A stretch of DNA of 64,000 nucleotides, from the NCBI GenBank assembly GCA_033762295.1, contig JANRLW010000020.1, forward strand, positions 1-64,000, written 5' to 3'. The notes under the pieces are model-generated. The model had not been told where the DNA came from. It saw nothing but the letters and a program-made list of their open reading frames with translations, and did not search any database. Made by a program: the position numbers and the translations under genes. Shown in pieces: positions 40,247 through 49,411 of this stretch (the first letter of the stretch is position 1; every line of letters starts with the position of its first letter). Origin of the DNA: Capsulimonadales bacterium. GTDB lineage: Bacteria > Armatimonadota > Armatimonadia > Armatimonadales > Armatimonadaceae.

Positions 40247-41428
40247 TTAAGGGTCGACGACGAAGACGACCGCGGTTCGTTCGAAGAAACGGGACGTTTC
40301 GTTCGCCGACCGGGCGCGTTCCGCATCGCGATTTTTGAGGATCGGATAGAACCGGTTGTTATCGGCCACGCCGACCGCGCGGACGACCAGCGGGTTCGAC
40401 CCGACTCTCTGGCAGCGCCGGGCCTCGTCGAGGGAACGCGGATAGGCGACGATCCCGGTTTCGATGACATACTCCGGGGAGATTTTCATCGTCCCGTAGA
40501 TTTCATTGTGGGCGGAGTCGTACAGCCTCGGTGACATGCAGGCGGAAACCCCGAGTCCCCGACAATCGACGACCAGACTGCTGTATTCGGCGTTTCCCGG
40601 AGCCGCCGCGCCCGGCGCGAAGGGATTCGGTTTTTCCGCCACCGGAACGGGCGTCGGGGAGGGCGCAGGGGTCGGGCGATGGGTAACGGTATCGATCGCC
40701 TCCATCAGCGAGTGCGGCCCGGCCATGCTCGCCTGGACGACGAGCCGGTAAACACCGGATTTCGGAAGCAGTTTCTCCTCGATGACGGTCGCATGCCGGA
40801 TCAGTCCTTCCACCCGGGTACGGACTTCGTCACTTTTCAAGACGTAGGAGGAGACGCGGGTATCGGCGGTGACGCGTACCTGCGAAACGGCCAGACTCAG
40901 GGAGCGTAGGGCGTCGTTGAAGGCCGCCTCCCTCGCATCGAGGATGTCCTGGGAGCGGGACTTTTTCATGGTCGGTGGGGCAATCGCGCCAAGACCGATC
41001 GCTTTGACGATACCGGCGGAGTAATTGATACGCCCGCGTCCGGCCGCGACGATCTCGACCGCCGCATCCTGCCAGAGGCTGTTTTTGGATGGCGTGACGG
41101 TAAATTTCCCGGAGGCGCTTCGAACCGTTTTCTTTACCGTCGGCGATAAATTGACCCGCACGATGGGGACGGGGCGAATGCCTTTCCTGGTCGGGGAGGC
41201 CGTTCGAATCGCCGCGCCTTTGCGGGACGCGGCCGGTTGCGGGGGGCGACCGTTCCGCGAAGCGGTGGTTCGACCGGGACGATTCGCCATGCTGGCGATG
41301 AAGGTCACGCCTCCTTGCGTTTTGACGACACGGGTTTGAGCGTACGCTTTGCCGGGGAGCAGATACCCGACGGCGAAGACAGCGAACGAACTGCCGATAG
41401 CGGATAACCGGAGAGTTTGAACGGCCAA
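40247..41428 (-). CDS. Exported LPP20-like hypothetical protein
   Basis: Signal peptide; INYSAGIVKAIGLG, AREAAFNDALRSL, YSSLVVDCRGL, MSPRLYD, VGSNPLVVRA; GGAGG SD before TTG. Confidence 0.65.
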   Translation of the reverse strand: MAVQTLRLSAIGSSFAVFAVGYLLPGKAYAQTRVVKTQGGVTFIASMANRPGRTTASRNGRPPQPAASRKGAAIRTASPTRKGIRPVPIVRVNLSPTVKKTVRSASGKFTVTPSKNSLWQDAAVEIVAAGRGRINYSAGIVKAIGLGAIAPPTMKKSRSQDILDAREAAFNDALRSLSLAVSQVRVTADTRVSSYVLKSDEVRTRVEGLIRHATVIEEKLLPKSGVYRLVVQASMAGPHSLMEAIDTVTHRPTPAPSPTPVPVAEKPNPFAPGAAAPGNAEYSSLVVDCRGLGVSACMSPRLYDSAHNEIYGTMKISPEYVIETGIVAYPRSLDEARRCQRVGSNPLVVRAVGVADNNRFYPILKNRDAERARSANETSRFFERTAVVFVVDP

Positions 41429-41549
41429 AGAGCACCTCCGCGTCCCTTAAAGTCCTCAACCGGGCGAGGCGTCAGGGGTTCCTGATCTGCTTCTCAGACT
41501 GCGGTACAGGGGAAATACTTCACCTTTTTTTCGATGACCGGGGAGATTC

Positions 41550-42059
41550 TTACGCCGTGTGGGGCGGAAGCGCAGGATGGGCGGCGGAAGTTTGAGGAAG
41601 GGTCTGGCATTGCGGGCACGTGCCGAACACCTCGAGTTGATGGCGTTCGACCCGAAAACCGCTTTCCTGCTCGAGGCGTAATGTCAGATTGCCGATCTCG
41701 CAGCCCTGGAACTCCTCGATCCGTCCGCATCGTTCACAGACCAGATGATGGTGGTGAGGGCCGTCCTGCGACTCGGCGCGTTCGTAACGGTAGTATCCCT
41801 GGCCGAACTCGACCCGTCGGGCAATCCCGAGGTCGACCAGCAGATTGGCGAAACGGTAAACCGTGACCAGGTTGATCTCTTCCTCCCGGTCGTCCGATTT
41901 CGTACCGGGCGGGTTCACGGCGGCATGAATCTCCTGGACCGAGAGCGGCTTGGTCGCCTGGGCAAGAAGACGCAGCAGGGCGCGGCGAGGACCGGTGACG
42001 CGATACCCCTGCGCTTTCAAAAGCCCTAACATTCGGGCGTATTCCGGAGACTTAGCCAT
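41550..42059 (-). CDS. Fur family transcriptional regulator (Zur/Fur-like)
   Basis: GYRVTGPR, LVTVYR, HHHHLVCERCG, GTCPQC. Confidence 0.92.
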   Translation of the reverse strand: MAKSPEYARMLGLLKAQGYRVTGPRRALLRLLAQATKPLSVQEIHAAVNPPGTKSDDREEEINLVTVYRFANLLVDLGIARRVEFGQGYYRYERAESQDGPHHHHLVCERCGRIEEFQGCEIGNLTLRLEQESGFRVERHQLEVFGTCPQCQTLPQTSAAHPALPPHTA

Positions 42060-42259
42060 GTTCCCATTATATCAGGGCACGTGGTCCGCTGCCGTTGCCC
42101 GATGTCCGGGGTTGTCCGGGGTTGGTCGCCGTGCCTTTGGCACATCGGTGACGATTACGCGCTTCTTCGGGAACACGGCCCCTCCCGACGGCTAATTATG
42201 GTGGGTAACGGACGCCCCGGCGTCAGGAGACGTCGGGAAACGTCAGGAAAGGAACCTCG

Positions 42260-42466
42260 ATGAACCACACCAACGAACGGCAGGAATCGTCCGAGCGGCG
42301 CGAATCCGACGGGGAGACCCGGGAGAAGGGGCCGCAGGAAGCCACGCCGGTCGACGCGTCGGAAGCCCCCGAACAGAACAATATCAGCCTGCCACGCGGG
42401 GAAGAGGCCGAAACGCCGGTAATCGAACAGGAAATCGTCCGGACGGAAGCCGGGACTCATTCCTGA
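42260..42466 (+). CDS. Small acidic hypothetical protein
   Basis: AAGGA SD, 68 aa, co-oriented with the DUF2231 gene. Confidence 0.5.
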   Translation: MNHTNERQESSERRESDGETREKGPQEATPVDASEAPEQNNISLPRGEEAETPVIEQEIVRTEAGTHS

Positions 42467-42520
42467 CGGAGGCGTCCGCCTCGGACTCGCCGGAATCGCC
42501 GGAAAGGAAACCTAATCAAT

Positions 42521-43060
42521 ATGGAAAGCCGTGCGAAACTCCTCGGGCATGCGATCCACCCGATGCTGGTCATGTTTCCGCTCGGGCTGTTGATCACTGC
42601 CACCTTCTTCGACATCGCCGGGATGGTATCGGGTTATGAGGCATGGCATCAGGCGGCCTTCTGGATGATCGGCACGGGGACCGTTGCCGGTTTCGTCGCC
42701 TCCGTCTTCGGCATTGTCGACTGGGTCGCGATCCCGATGGGAACCCGCGCCAAATCGGTCGGTCTGATCCACGGAGTGGTGAATCTGGCGATGCTGGCGC
42801 TGTTCCTCATCGCCTGGCTCTTGCGCCGCGGACAGGCGTCCGTGCTGGACCCCGGCTGGATTCCGATCGCGCTGCAGGTGATTGCCGTCGGAATGTCGGG
42901 CGTCGGCGCATGGCTGGGCGGCGAACTGGTGGAACGCCTGGGAATCGGCGTTGACAACGGAGCGCATCCGAACGCCCCCTCGTCGCTGTCCGGTCGCCCG
43001 GCGGACGAACGCGAGGACGGAACCAATCCGGTCGGACGCCCGGTCAAAGCGCGCGGTTAG
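42521..43060 (+). CDS. DUF2231 membrane protein
   Basis: GHAIHPMLVMFPLG, GIVDW, HG..N, AWLGGELVERLGIGV. Confidence 0.85.
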   Translation: MESRAKLLGHAIHPMLVMFPLGLLITATFFDIAGMVSGYEAWHQAAFWMIGTGTVAGFVASVFGIVDWVAIPMGTRAKSVGLIHGVVNLAMLALFLIAWLLRRGQASVLDPGWIPIALQVIAVGMSGVGAWLGGELVERLGIGVDNGAHPNAPSSLSGRPADEREDGTNPVGRPVKARG

Positions 43061-43096
43061 TCCCGCCGTCGTGCGGTTCGACGGGAACGCTTCTCC

Positions 43097-43888
43097 ATGG
43101 AAGACCTCTTGCCGCGCCACTGGGCCGAGTTAAACGACCTGCTTTTCGCGGGGGCGTGGCAGGAACCGTTGCGACGGTTCCGCGCCTCGTTCGTCTATCG
43201 CGGGCAGTGTGACGCGGACAACCCGTTAACGACGAGCCTGTCCCGTCTGGCAGGGGAGCGTGCGGCGGAGATCGAAGGACCGATGCTGCGAGCGTTCCGA
43301 CGCTACGCCATGCCGTACGGTTTACGCTCGGACGCCAGTATCTGGGAGACTCTGGCGCTGGCCCAGCACCATGGGTTGCCCACCCGTTTGCTCGACTGGA
43401 GTTATTCCCCGCTGGTCGCCCTCCACTTCGCCACCGCCGATACCGAATGGCACGACCGGGATGGCGCGGTCTGGTGCGCCGATCTGCACCGAACCAACGA
43501 ACGATTGCCGACCGCACTCCGGGAGATCCTGCAGACCGAGGAAACCGACGTTCTTTCGATGGAAATCCTGGAACGTATCGCCTCGGACCTGGGCGGTTAT
43601 GACCAGCGGTTCGACCGGCCCGCGCTGGCTTTTTTCGAGCCGCCGTCGCTGGATGAACGTGTCGTCAATCAGTTCGCCCTGTTCTCGCTGCTTTCCAATC
43701 CCGCCGGTTCTCCCGGCGACTGGCTGCGGAAGGAGGCGGGCGATGCGGTCCGACGTATTCGAATCCCGGCAGCGATCAAGCCGGAAGTGCGCGACAAACT
43801 CGACCAGGCGAATATTACCGAACGCGTACTTTTCCCCGGTCTGGACGGGTTGAGTCGGTGGCTCTGCCGTTATTACACCCCTTCCTGA
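43097..43888 (+). CDS. FRG domain protein
   Basis: YRGQ, LAQHHGLPTRLLDWSYSPLVALHFA, RVVNQ, LFPGLDGL. Confidence 0.9.
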   Translation: MEDLLPRHWAELNDLLFAGAWQEPLRRFRASFVYRGQCDADNPLTTSLSRLAGERAAEIEGPMLRAFRRYAMPYGLRSDASIWETLALAQHHGLPTRLLDWSYSPLVALHFATADTEWHDRDGAVWCADLHRTNERLPTALREILQTEETDVLSMEILERIASDLGGYDQRFDRPALAFFEPPSLDERVVNQFALFSLLSNPAGSPGDWLRKEAGDAVRRIRIPAAIKPEVRDKLDQANITERVLFPGLDGLSRWLCRYYTPS

Positions 43889-43964
43889 ACGCCGTAAAAA
43901 TTTCGGAAGCGCCGGTGAACGCTTTTCGTTCGTTTCGGAACTAAGTTATTGAAACGGACAAAGG

Positions 43965-44621
43965 ATGAACCGGGAAGCACAGCAGGAAAAGAGATTGACG
44001 GATGGTATGCGCCGGGGGGACCGGGCGGCGTATTCGCTGCTCGTCGACCTTTACGGCGGGAAAATCCTCGCATTGGCGCGGCGGTACGCGGCCTGTGATG
44101 CCGACGCCGAGGATATCGCGCAGGAATCCCTGATCGAGGTCTGCCGTAGCATCGGATCGTTCCGGGGCGATGCCGCCTTTTCGACCTTTCTCTACCGAAT
44201 CACCCTCAACCGCTGCCTGAAATATCGCGAACGCGAGGATCGGGACCGACAGAACCGCCTCCCCACCGAACATTCGACGTTGCCCGCGGATGAACGCTCC
44301 GATCCGTTGCGGCAGGCGGAGAGAAACGAACTTTCCCGACAGCTGGATCGCGCGCTGGACACCCTTTCCGACGACCACCGGGACGTGGTGATCCTTCACG
44401 AACTGCAGGGGTTGACCTATGCCGAATGCGCGGCGGTGCTAAAGATCCCCGAAGGAACGGTCAAATCGCGCCTTTTCCATGCGTTCCGCCGATTGCGCGA
44501 TCGCCTGACGACCTATGTCCGGGACGATGTTCGGGAGGAAGTTGCGGAGAAGGTGGGTGGGGAGCAGGGGGTGACATCCCGCCGCGTCGCGGTGAACGGT
44601 ACGACAGGAGGCGCCCTATGA
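43965..44621 (+). CDS. ECF RNA polymerase sigma factor
   Basis: DAEDIAQE, FSTFLYRI, GLTYAECA, GTVKSRL. Confidence 0.9.
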   Translation: MNREAQQEKRLTDGMRRGDRAAYSLLVDLYGGKILALARRYAACDADAEDIAQESLIEVCRSIGSFRGDAAFSTFLYRITLNRCLKYREREDRDRQNRLPTEHSTLPADERSDPLRQAERNELSRQLDRALDTLSDDHRDVVILHELQGLTYAECAAVLKIPEGTVKSRLFHAFRRLRDRLTTYVRDDVREEVAEKVGGEQGVTSRRVAVNGTTGGAL

Positions 44622-45889
44622 ACGAACGGGACCACCGGGAACGCCTCAGCGGAGATTCCGGAACGGACGAAACGCCGGAATGCCCGTATGGCGCGGATAC
44701 CAAGGCGTTTCTCGACGGCGAACTGCCGCTGTGGCGGCGATGGACGATGCGGGGGCATCTGGCCCGATGTGAGGATTGCCGCCGGACGATGGCGGAGATG
44801 GAGAGATTCGGAATGGAACTGAAATCGATCGGAACCGGTGAGGCCGCACTGTCGCCCGAGATGCGGGCACGGCTGGTCAACGGATTGGAAGGTGTCGCTC
44901 CGAACGCGGCGGATGTCCCGGATCGTCCAAAGCGCCTCCCGCTCTGGCGGCGGAAGCCGCTGCTGGTCTTCGGCGGCGGTGGGGCGACCGTTGCGGCGTC
45001 CGCGCTGGTTTTCTTCTCTCTGTACCAGCCGATGTTGAAGGAACCGGCGATGGTGAGGAGCCAACGAATCGCTTCGACGAGCGATTTTGCCGCCGCACCC
45101 GCCGCACCGCCGGTCGCTCCCCCCACTGTTCCCGCTGAATTGGCCGCGGCCGCGGCCAGTGCGCCCGGTATGCCGGTCGGGGAAAGCGTTCTTTCCGTTG
45201 CCACGGAGCGGGCGGTGCATCAGCAGGCGTCCGTCGGCGTCGTGGTCGCCTCGGTCGAGGAGGCGGACAACAAGGTGGTGGCGCTGGTGGAGACGGCCGG
45301 TGGTTATATGGCGAACAACCACCTGTCCACGCAAGCCGGCGGCGAACGTTTCGCGGAACTGGTCGTCAAGGTGCCGGTGAAGGAGTTCGACCGGGTCGTC
45401 CGGGAAATCTCCCGGCTGGGGGAGTTACGAGACAAGACAATTTCGGGTGAGGATATCACCGAGCGGATCAGCGAATCGCGTTCCGACGAAGCGGTGCTGA
45501 CGGAAGAGATCGAAAGCCTGGATCGGCGATTACGCGCGGCGGTCGTGCGCTCGGAGCGGGACACGGACCTTCGTGAGGAGTTGCGTCAGGTGCGTCTGGC
45601 CAGAGCGCGCGCCGCGGCTCGACTGGCGACGCTGAAAAAACTGGCGGCCATGTCGACAATCCGGGTTTCGCTCTATGAAAAGCCGAAAGTGTCCGTCGCC
45701 CGACCGGAGGAACCCGGGTTCCTCGCCGACCTGAAGGAGACCAACCGCGCGGCGATGGCCGCTTTCCAGGCCGCGATCCGGGTGCCACTGGTGATGGTCG
45801 TCTGGATACTGGCGTTCAGCCCGCTCTGGGTGCCGGTACTTCTGGTCTACCGCTGGGTCGAACGGAAGGGACGACGCGGAGACCGGTAG
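44618..45889 (+). CDS. Anti-sigma factor: zf-HC2 + TM + DUF4349 domain
   Basis: FLDGEL...HLARCEDC; TM; GGY..., VKVP..EF, GEDIT, C-terminal TM; ATGA overlap with sigma. Confidence 0.82.
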   Translation: MNERDHRERLSGDSGTDETPECPYGADTKAFLDGELPLWRRWTMRGHLARCEDCRRTMAEMERFGMELKSIGTGEAALSPEMRARLVNGLEGVAPNAADVPDRPKRLPLWRRKPLLVFGGGGATVAASALVFFSLYQPMLKEPAMVRSQRIASTSDFAAAPAAPPVAPPTVPAELAAAAASAPGMPVGESVLSVATERAVHQQASVGVVVASVEEADNKVVALVETAGGYMANNHLSTQAGGERFAELVVKVPVKEFDRVVREISRLGELRDKTISGEDITERISESRSDEAVLTEEIESLDRRLRAAVVRSERDTDLREELRQVRLARARAAARLATLKKLAAMSTIRVSLYEKPKVSVARPEEPGFLADLKETNRAAMAAFQAAIRVPLVMVVWILAFSPLWVPVLLVYRWVERKGRRGDR

Positions 45890-45918
45890 CGCAGACGACC
45901 CCCTGAACGACGCTCCTG

Positions 45919-45962
45919 AAAAGGACGACCGGACGTTACCAGGCGTCCGGTCGTCCTTTTTT
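45919..45962 (+). terminator. Intrinsic terminator
   Basis: AAAAGGACGACCGGACG-ttaccagg-CGTCCGGTCGTCCTTTTTT, 17-bp IR with U tract. Confidence 0.9.
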
Positions 45963-46008
45963 GCGCCGGATGAGGGTAATATGCGGAAAAGGTCGGGGAG
46001 GGTAACGT

Positions 46009-46455
46009 ATGGCGGTCGTCGTTCAGATCATCCGTAGGGTCGTCGGGGAGCAGGGCTTGACTCCCGCCGTGATCGAACGGCTGCAGCCCTATGTCACCCG
46101 TTACGCCCAGACGATGGGCATCGCCGTTTTCGCGGTCGGCGGACAGGAGGATCATCTGCATATTCTCTTTCGTCTGCCGGAGGACAAGACCCTGAAAATG
46201 ATCGATACCGAACTCGCCAAAACGACCACCCGTTTCGTTCGCGAGTCGCTCGCCCTTCCCGGGTTTGCCTGGGCGGAGGAACCTCTGTTCCTCAGTGTCA
46301 GCGCGGATGAGGTGGAGGAGTGCGCGGCCTATATCCTCGATAATCCCGCGCGGCATGCGAGCCGGACGGCGATCGCCGCCTGGGAAACGGACGAGGAGGC
46401 GGACGGCGACGACGACGCCGTTCCCGAATGGCTGCGCACGATGGTCCGGCCCTGA
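46009..46455 (+). CDS. Divergent IS200/IS605 TnpA-like (Y1 HUH) protein
   Basis: AVGGQEDHLHIL (HUH), FAW...SVS, AYILDNPARH (putative catalytic Tyr helix); no tnpB. Confidence 0.7.
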   Translation: MAVVVQIIRRVVGEQGLTPAVIERLQPYVTRYAQTMGIAVFAVGGQEDHLHILFRLPEDKTLKMIDTELAKTTTRFVRESLALPGFAWAEEPLFLSVSADEVEECAAYILDNPARHASRTAIAAWETDEEADGDDDAVPEWLRTMVRP

Positions 46456-46528
46456 ACCGACTCCCGGCAGGGACAGACCGTCCGGAATGGCGTATCATGG
46501 GGAGTAAACCCCGACGGACGAGTGAGAC

Positions 46529-47350
46529 GTGAGCCGAATTACCGAACGATTTGCCGAGTTGCAGGACCGGCAGGAAAAAGCCCTGATCTGTTTTGTCACC
46601 GCGGGCGATCCCTTCCCCGAGCATACCGCCGAGGTGGTGGTCGCGCTCGCCGGGGCGGGATGCGATGTGGTGGAACTGGGAATCCCGTTTTCCGACCCGC
46701 TGCTGGACGGACCGACGATCCAGGCATCGACACAGCGAGCGTTGAACGGGGGCATGACCCCTCCGAAGGTGCTGGAGGTCGTCCGTCAGGTGCGCACCCG
46801 GTCGAACATTCCGCTGGTGCTGATGGGCGCGTACAATCCGGTGCTTCAATACGGCCCGGAAAAATTCGCGCGGGATGCGGTCGCGGTGGGCGCGGACGGC
46901 GCGATTCTGAGCGATCTGTCGCCCGAGGAGTCCGGAGAGTGGAAGCGGGCCGCCGATGAGAGCGGACTGGACACGATTTTTCTGCTCGCCCCGACATCGA
47001 CGCCGGCGCGTATGGCGCTCGTTGGCCGGATGTCTCGCGGCTTTCTGTACTGTATGTCCCGCGCCGGGGTGACCGGCGCGCGAAACGATGTTCCCGCCGA
47101 CCTTCCGCCGTTGATTGAAGCGATCCGGACGTACGCCGACCGAACGCCGATCGGGGTGGGATTCGGCGTCTCCCGGCCGGAGCAGGTCGCCGCCATCGGC
47201 GAGTATGCGGACGGCGTGGTGGTCGGCGCGGCGCTGGTCGATTGCCTGTACCGGACGGCGGCGGAGGGCAAGGATCGCGACGAGGTGTTGCGGACCGCGT
47301 CGCAGTTCGTCCTGTCGCTGAAGGCGGCGACGCGTCGTTCGTCGATGTGA
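46529..47350 (+). CDS. trpA: Tryptophan synthase alpha chain
   Basis: FVTAGDP, ELGIPFSDPLLDGPTIQ, GVTGAR, VGFGVS, DGVVVG. Confidence 0.95.
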   Translation: MSRITERFAELQDRQEKALICFVTAGDPFPEHTAEVVVALAGAGCDVVELGIPFSDPLLDGPTIQASTQRALNGGMTPPKVLEVVRQVRTRSNIPLVLMGAYNPVLQYGPEKFARDAVAVGADGAILSDLSPEESGEWKRAADESGLDTIFLLAPTSTPARMALVGRMSRGFLYCMSRAGVTGARNDVPADLPPLIEAIRTYADRTPIGVGFGVSRPEQVAAIGEYADGVVVGAALVDCLYRTAAEGKDRDEVLRTASQFVLSLKAATRRSSM

Positions 47351-47367
47351 CAGAGGTACAATCTCCC

Positions 47368-48078
47368 ATGACTGTCGCCGAATTTGCCCGGTTCATCGAT
47401 CATACTCTCCTGAGGCCCGACTCCACGCGACGGGACGCCCGACGGATCTGTGAGGAGGCCCGAACCCACGGGTTCGCGGCGGCGTGTATCCTGCCCGCCT
47501 GGGTCGCGGATGCGGCGGAGGTTCTGAATGGCAGCGAAACCGCCGTCTGTACCGTCGTCGGTTTCCCGCACGGGAACGCTCCGGCGCAGGCGAAGGCGGC
47601 GGAAGCGGCGACCGCCGTCGCCGACGGAGCGACCGAGATCGATATGGTGGTCAACATTTCGGCGATCAAATCGGGCGCGGACCTGATCGTCATGGATGAG
47701 ATCGCCTCGGTCGTCGAGGTCTGCGGGGCCGGAGACGCTCTGGTGAAAGTCATCCTCGAATGCGCCTATCTCACCGACGCGGAAAAGCGGCGGATCGCGC
47801 AGATGGCGGAGGAGGCAGGGGCCGATTTCGTGAAGACGTCGACCGGGTTCGCCGTTCCCGGCGAGGGCAAGCCGGTCGGCGCGACCGTCGAGGACGTACG
47901 CCTGTTGCGGGCGACCGTGGGCGAGGATATCGGAGTCAAGGCGGCCGGAGGCATCCGCTCGGTCGCCGATGCGCGGGCGATGATCGACGCCGGCGCGGCC
48001 CGACTGGGGACGTCTGCCGGGATCGCCTTGATCCGGGCATTCCGTGAAGGAACGGAGATGTCAAACTCCGGCTACTGA
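47368..48078 (+). CDS. deoC: Deoxyribose-phosphate aldolase
   Basis: IDHTLLRP, VVGFPHG, EIDMV, KVILE, FVKTSTGF, KAAGGIR, RLGTS. Confidence 0.95.
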   Translation: MTVAEFARFIDHTLLRPDSTRRDARRICEEARTHGFAAACILPAWVADAAEVLNGSETAVCTVVGFPHGNAPAQAKAAEAATAVADGATEIDMVVNISAIKSGADLIVMDEIASVVEVCGAGDALVKVILECAYLTDAEKRRIAQMAEEAGADFVKTSTGFAVPGEGKPVGATVEDVRLLRATVGEDIGVKAAGGIRSVADARAMIDAGAARLGTSAGIALIRAFREGTEMSNSGY

Positions 48079-48143
48079 TTTCCGTCAGGTGCGGATACGC
48101 GGGAGTGTTCCGGTAGAATCATTTCGGGGCGGGAGGCGGGGCG

Positions 48144-48524
48144 ATGGCAAGGTCGCAGCAAGATTGGGCGGCGTTACTCGCGGAGTATCCGGCGGTCACG
48201 GTCGAGTACCCGTTCGGACCGGAATCTCGCGTCGTGAAAGCGGGAGGGAAGATGTTCGCTCTCCTGACCGAGGACGAGGAACCGCCCCGAATCACTTTGA
48301 AGGCCGATCCGGAACGCAGCGAAGAGTGGCGCGCGATCTATCCCGACCACGTGCTGCCCGGATACTACATGAACAAACGGCACTGGAATACGGTCCGACT
48401 GGATGGGGCGATACCGGAGGAGGAGGTCGTCGAAATGATCGACCACTCCTTTGACCGCGTGGTCGCGGGCCTGCCGAAAACGGAGCGCCCCCGGTTCCTT
48501 CGCGTGCCCTCCCGGGAAAGCTGA
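48144..48524 (+). CDS. MmcQ/YjbR family protein
   Basis: PFGPE..V.KAGGKMFA, LKADP, PGYYMNKRHWNTV. Confidence 0.9.
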   Translation: MARSQQDWAALLAEYPAVTVEYPFGPESRVVKAGGKMFALLTEDEEPPRITLKADPERSEEWRAIYPDHVLPGYYMNKRHWNTVRLDGAIPEEEVVEMIDHSFDRVVAGLPKTERPRFLRVPSRES

Positions 48525-48530
48525 CCTGAC

Positions 48531-49319
48531 GTGGCAAACTATCGGGCGTCCGCCCTGATTCTCCGCCGTATCCCGCTCGGAGAAACCGACAAGATCCTCA
48601 CCGTGTTCACCAGGGAATACGGCAAATTCAACGCGATCGCCAAAGGGGCGCGGCGGACGACCAGTCGCCTGGCCGGAGCAACCGAACCGCTGGTCTACGC
48701 GAAGATGATGCTCGGAGAGGGGATGAACCTGGATGTGGTCGCTCAGTCCGAGGTGCGGGAGGCGTTTCCCCGGTTGCGCGCGGACTACGGACTTTTCCTC
48801 CGGGCGTCCTATGCCTGCGAACTGCTGGACCGGATCACTACCGAACGGGATCCGTCCTCCTCGATGTTCGATCTCCTCCTATCGACGCTTTTCATCCTCC
48901 AGCGGGCGATCGACCCTGACATCACCATCCATGCCTTCGAGGTCAAACTGATGGCGGAGGCCGGATATGAACCGCGCCTGGAGGAGTGCGTTCGCTGCGA
49001 AAGGCCGTTTGACGGGGATCGTGTTTTGGAAACCGCGTACTCGCCGCATCGCGGAGGGATGCTCTGCACCCTTTGCGCCGAACAGACCCGCGAGTCCGTG
49101 CTGAAAGTTTCGGCGGAGACCGCCCGGACGTTGCGATACCTGGCGGAATCCGACGATGCGCGGGGCCTGGCGGCGTTCACCCCGGAACCGGAGGTTCCCG
49201 CCGAACTGAACCGTCTGCTGCGCGAGCATCTTCGGCTCCGGCTTGAACGGGATGTGCGGTCGACCGCCTTTCTGGATGCCTTTCGTCTCGAGGCCGCCGG
49301 ACCGGATGCGACGACCTGA
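48531..49319 (+). CDS. recO: DNA repair protein RecO
   Basis: LGETDKILTVFTREYGK..AIAKGAR; CVRC...CTLC zinc finger. Confidence 0.92.
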   Translation: MANYRASALILRRIPLGETDKILTVFTREYGKFNAIAKGARRTTSRLAGATEPLVYAKMMLGEGMNLDVVAQSEVREAFPRLRADYGLFLRASYACELLDRITTERDPSSSMFDLLLSTLFILQRAIDPDITIHAFEVKLMAEAGYEPRLEECVRCERPFDGDRVLETAYSPHRGGMLCTLCAEQTRESVLKVSAETARTLRYLAESDDARGLAAFTPEPEVPAELNRLLREHLRLRLERDVRSTAFLDAFRLEAAGPDATT

Positions 49320-49411
49320 TCCGAACGGGCGCGCTGTCCCTGCCCGATATGCCATAATGACCGTGGATGCCCCCGAACTCCGGCGTCCTCGGAAAGGATC
49401 TGCCCTCCGTC

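Noticed and set aside
45890..45962. IS200 left-end hairpin or REP element next to the TnpA-like gene
   Set aside because: The hairpin has a U tract and follows the ECF/anti-sigma operon, so it fits an ordinary terminator. No matching right-end copy was found.
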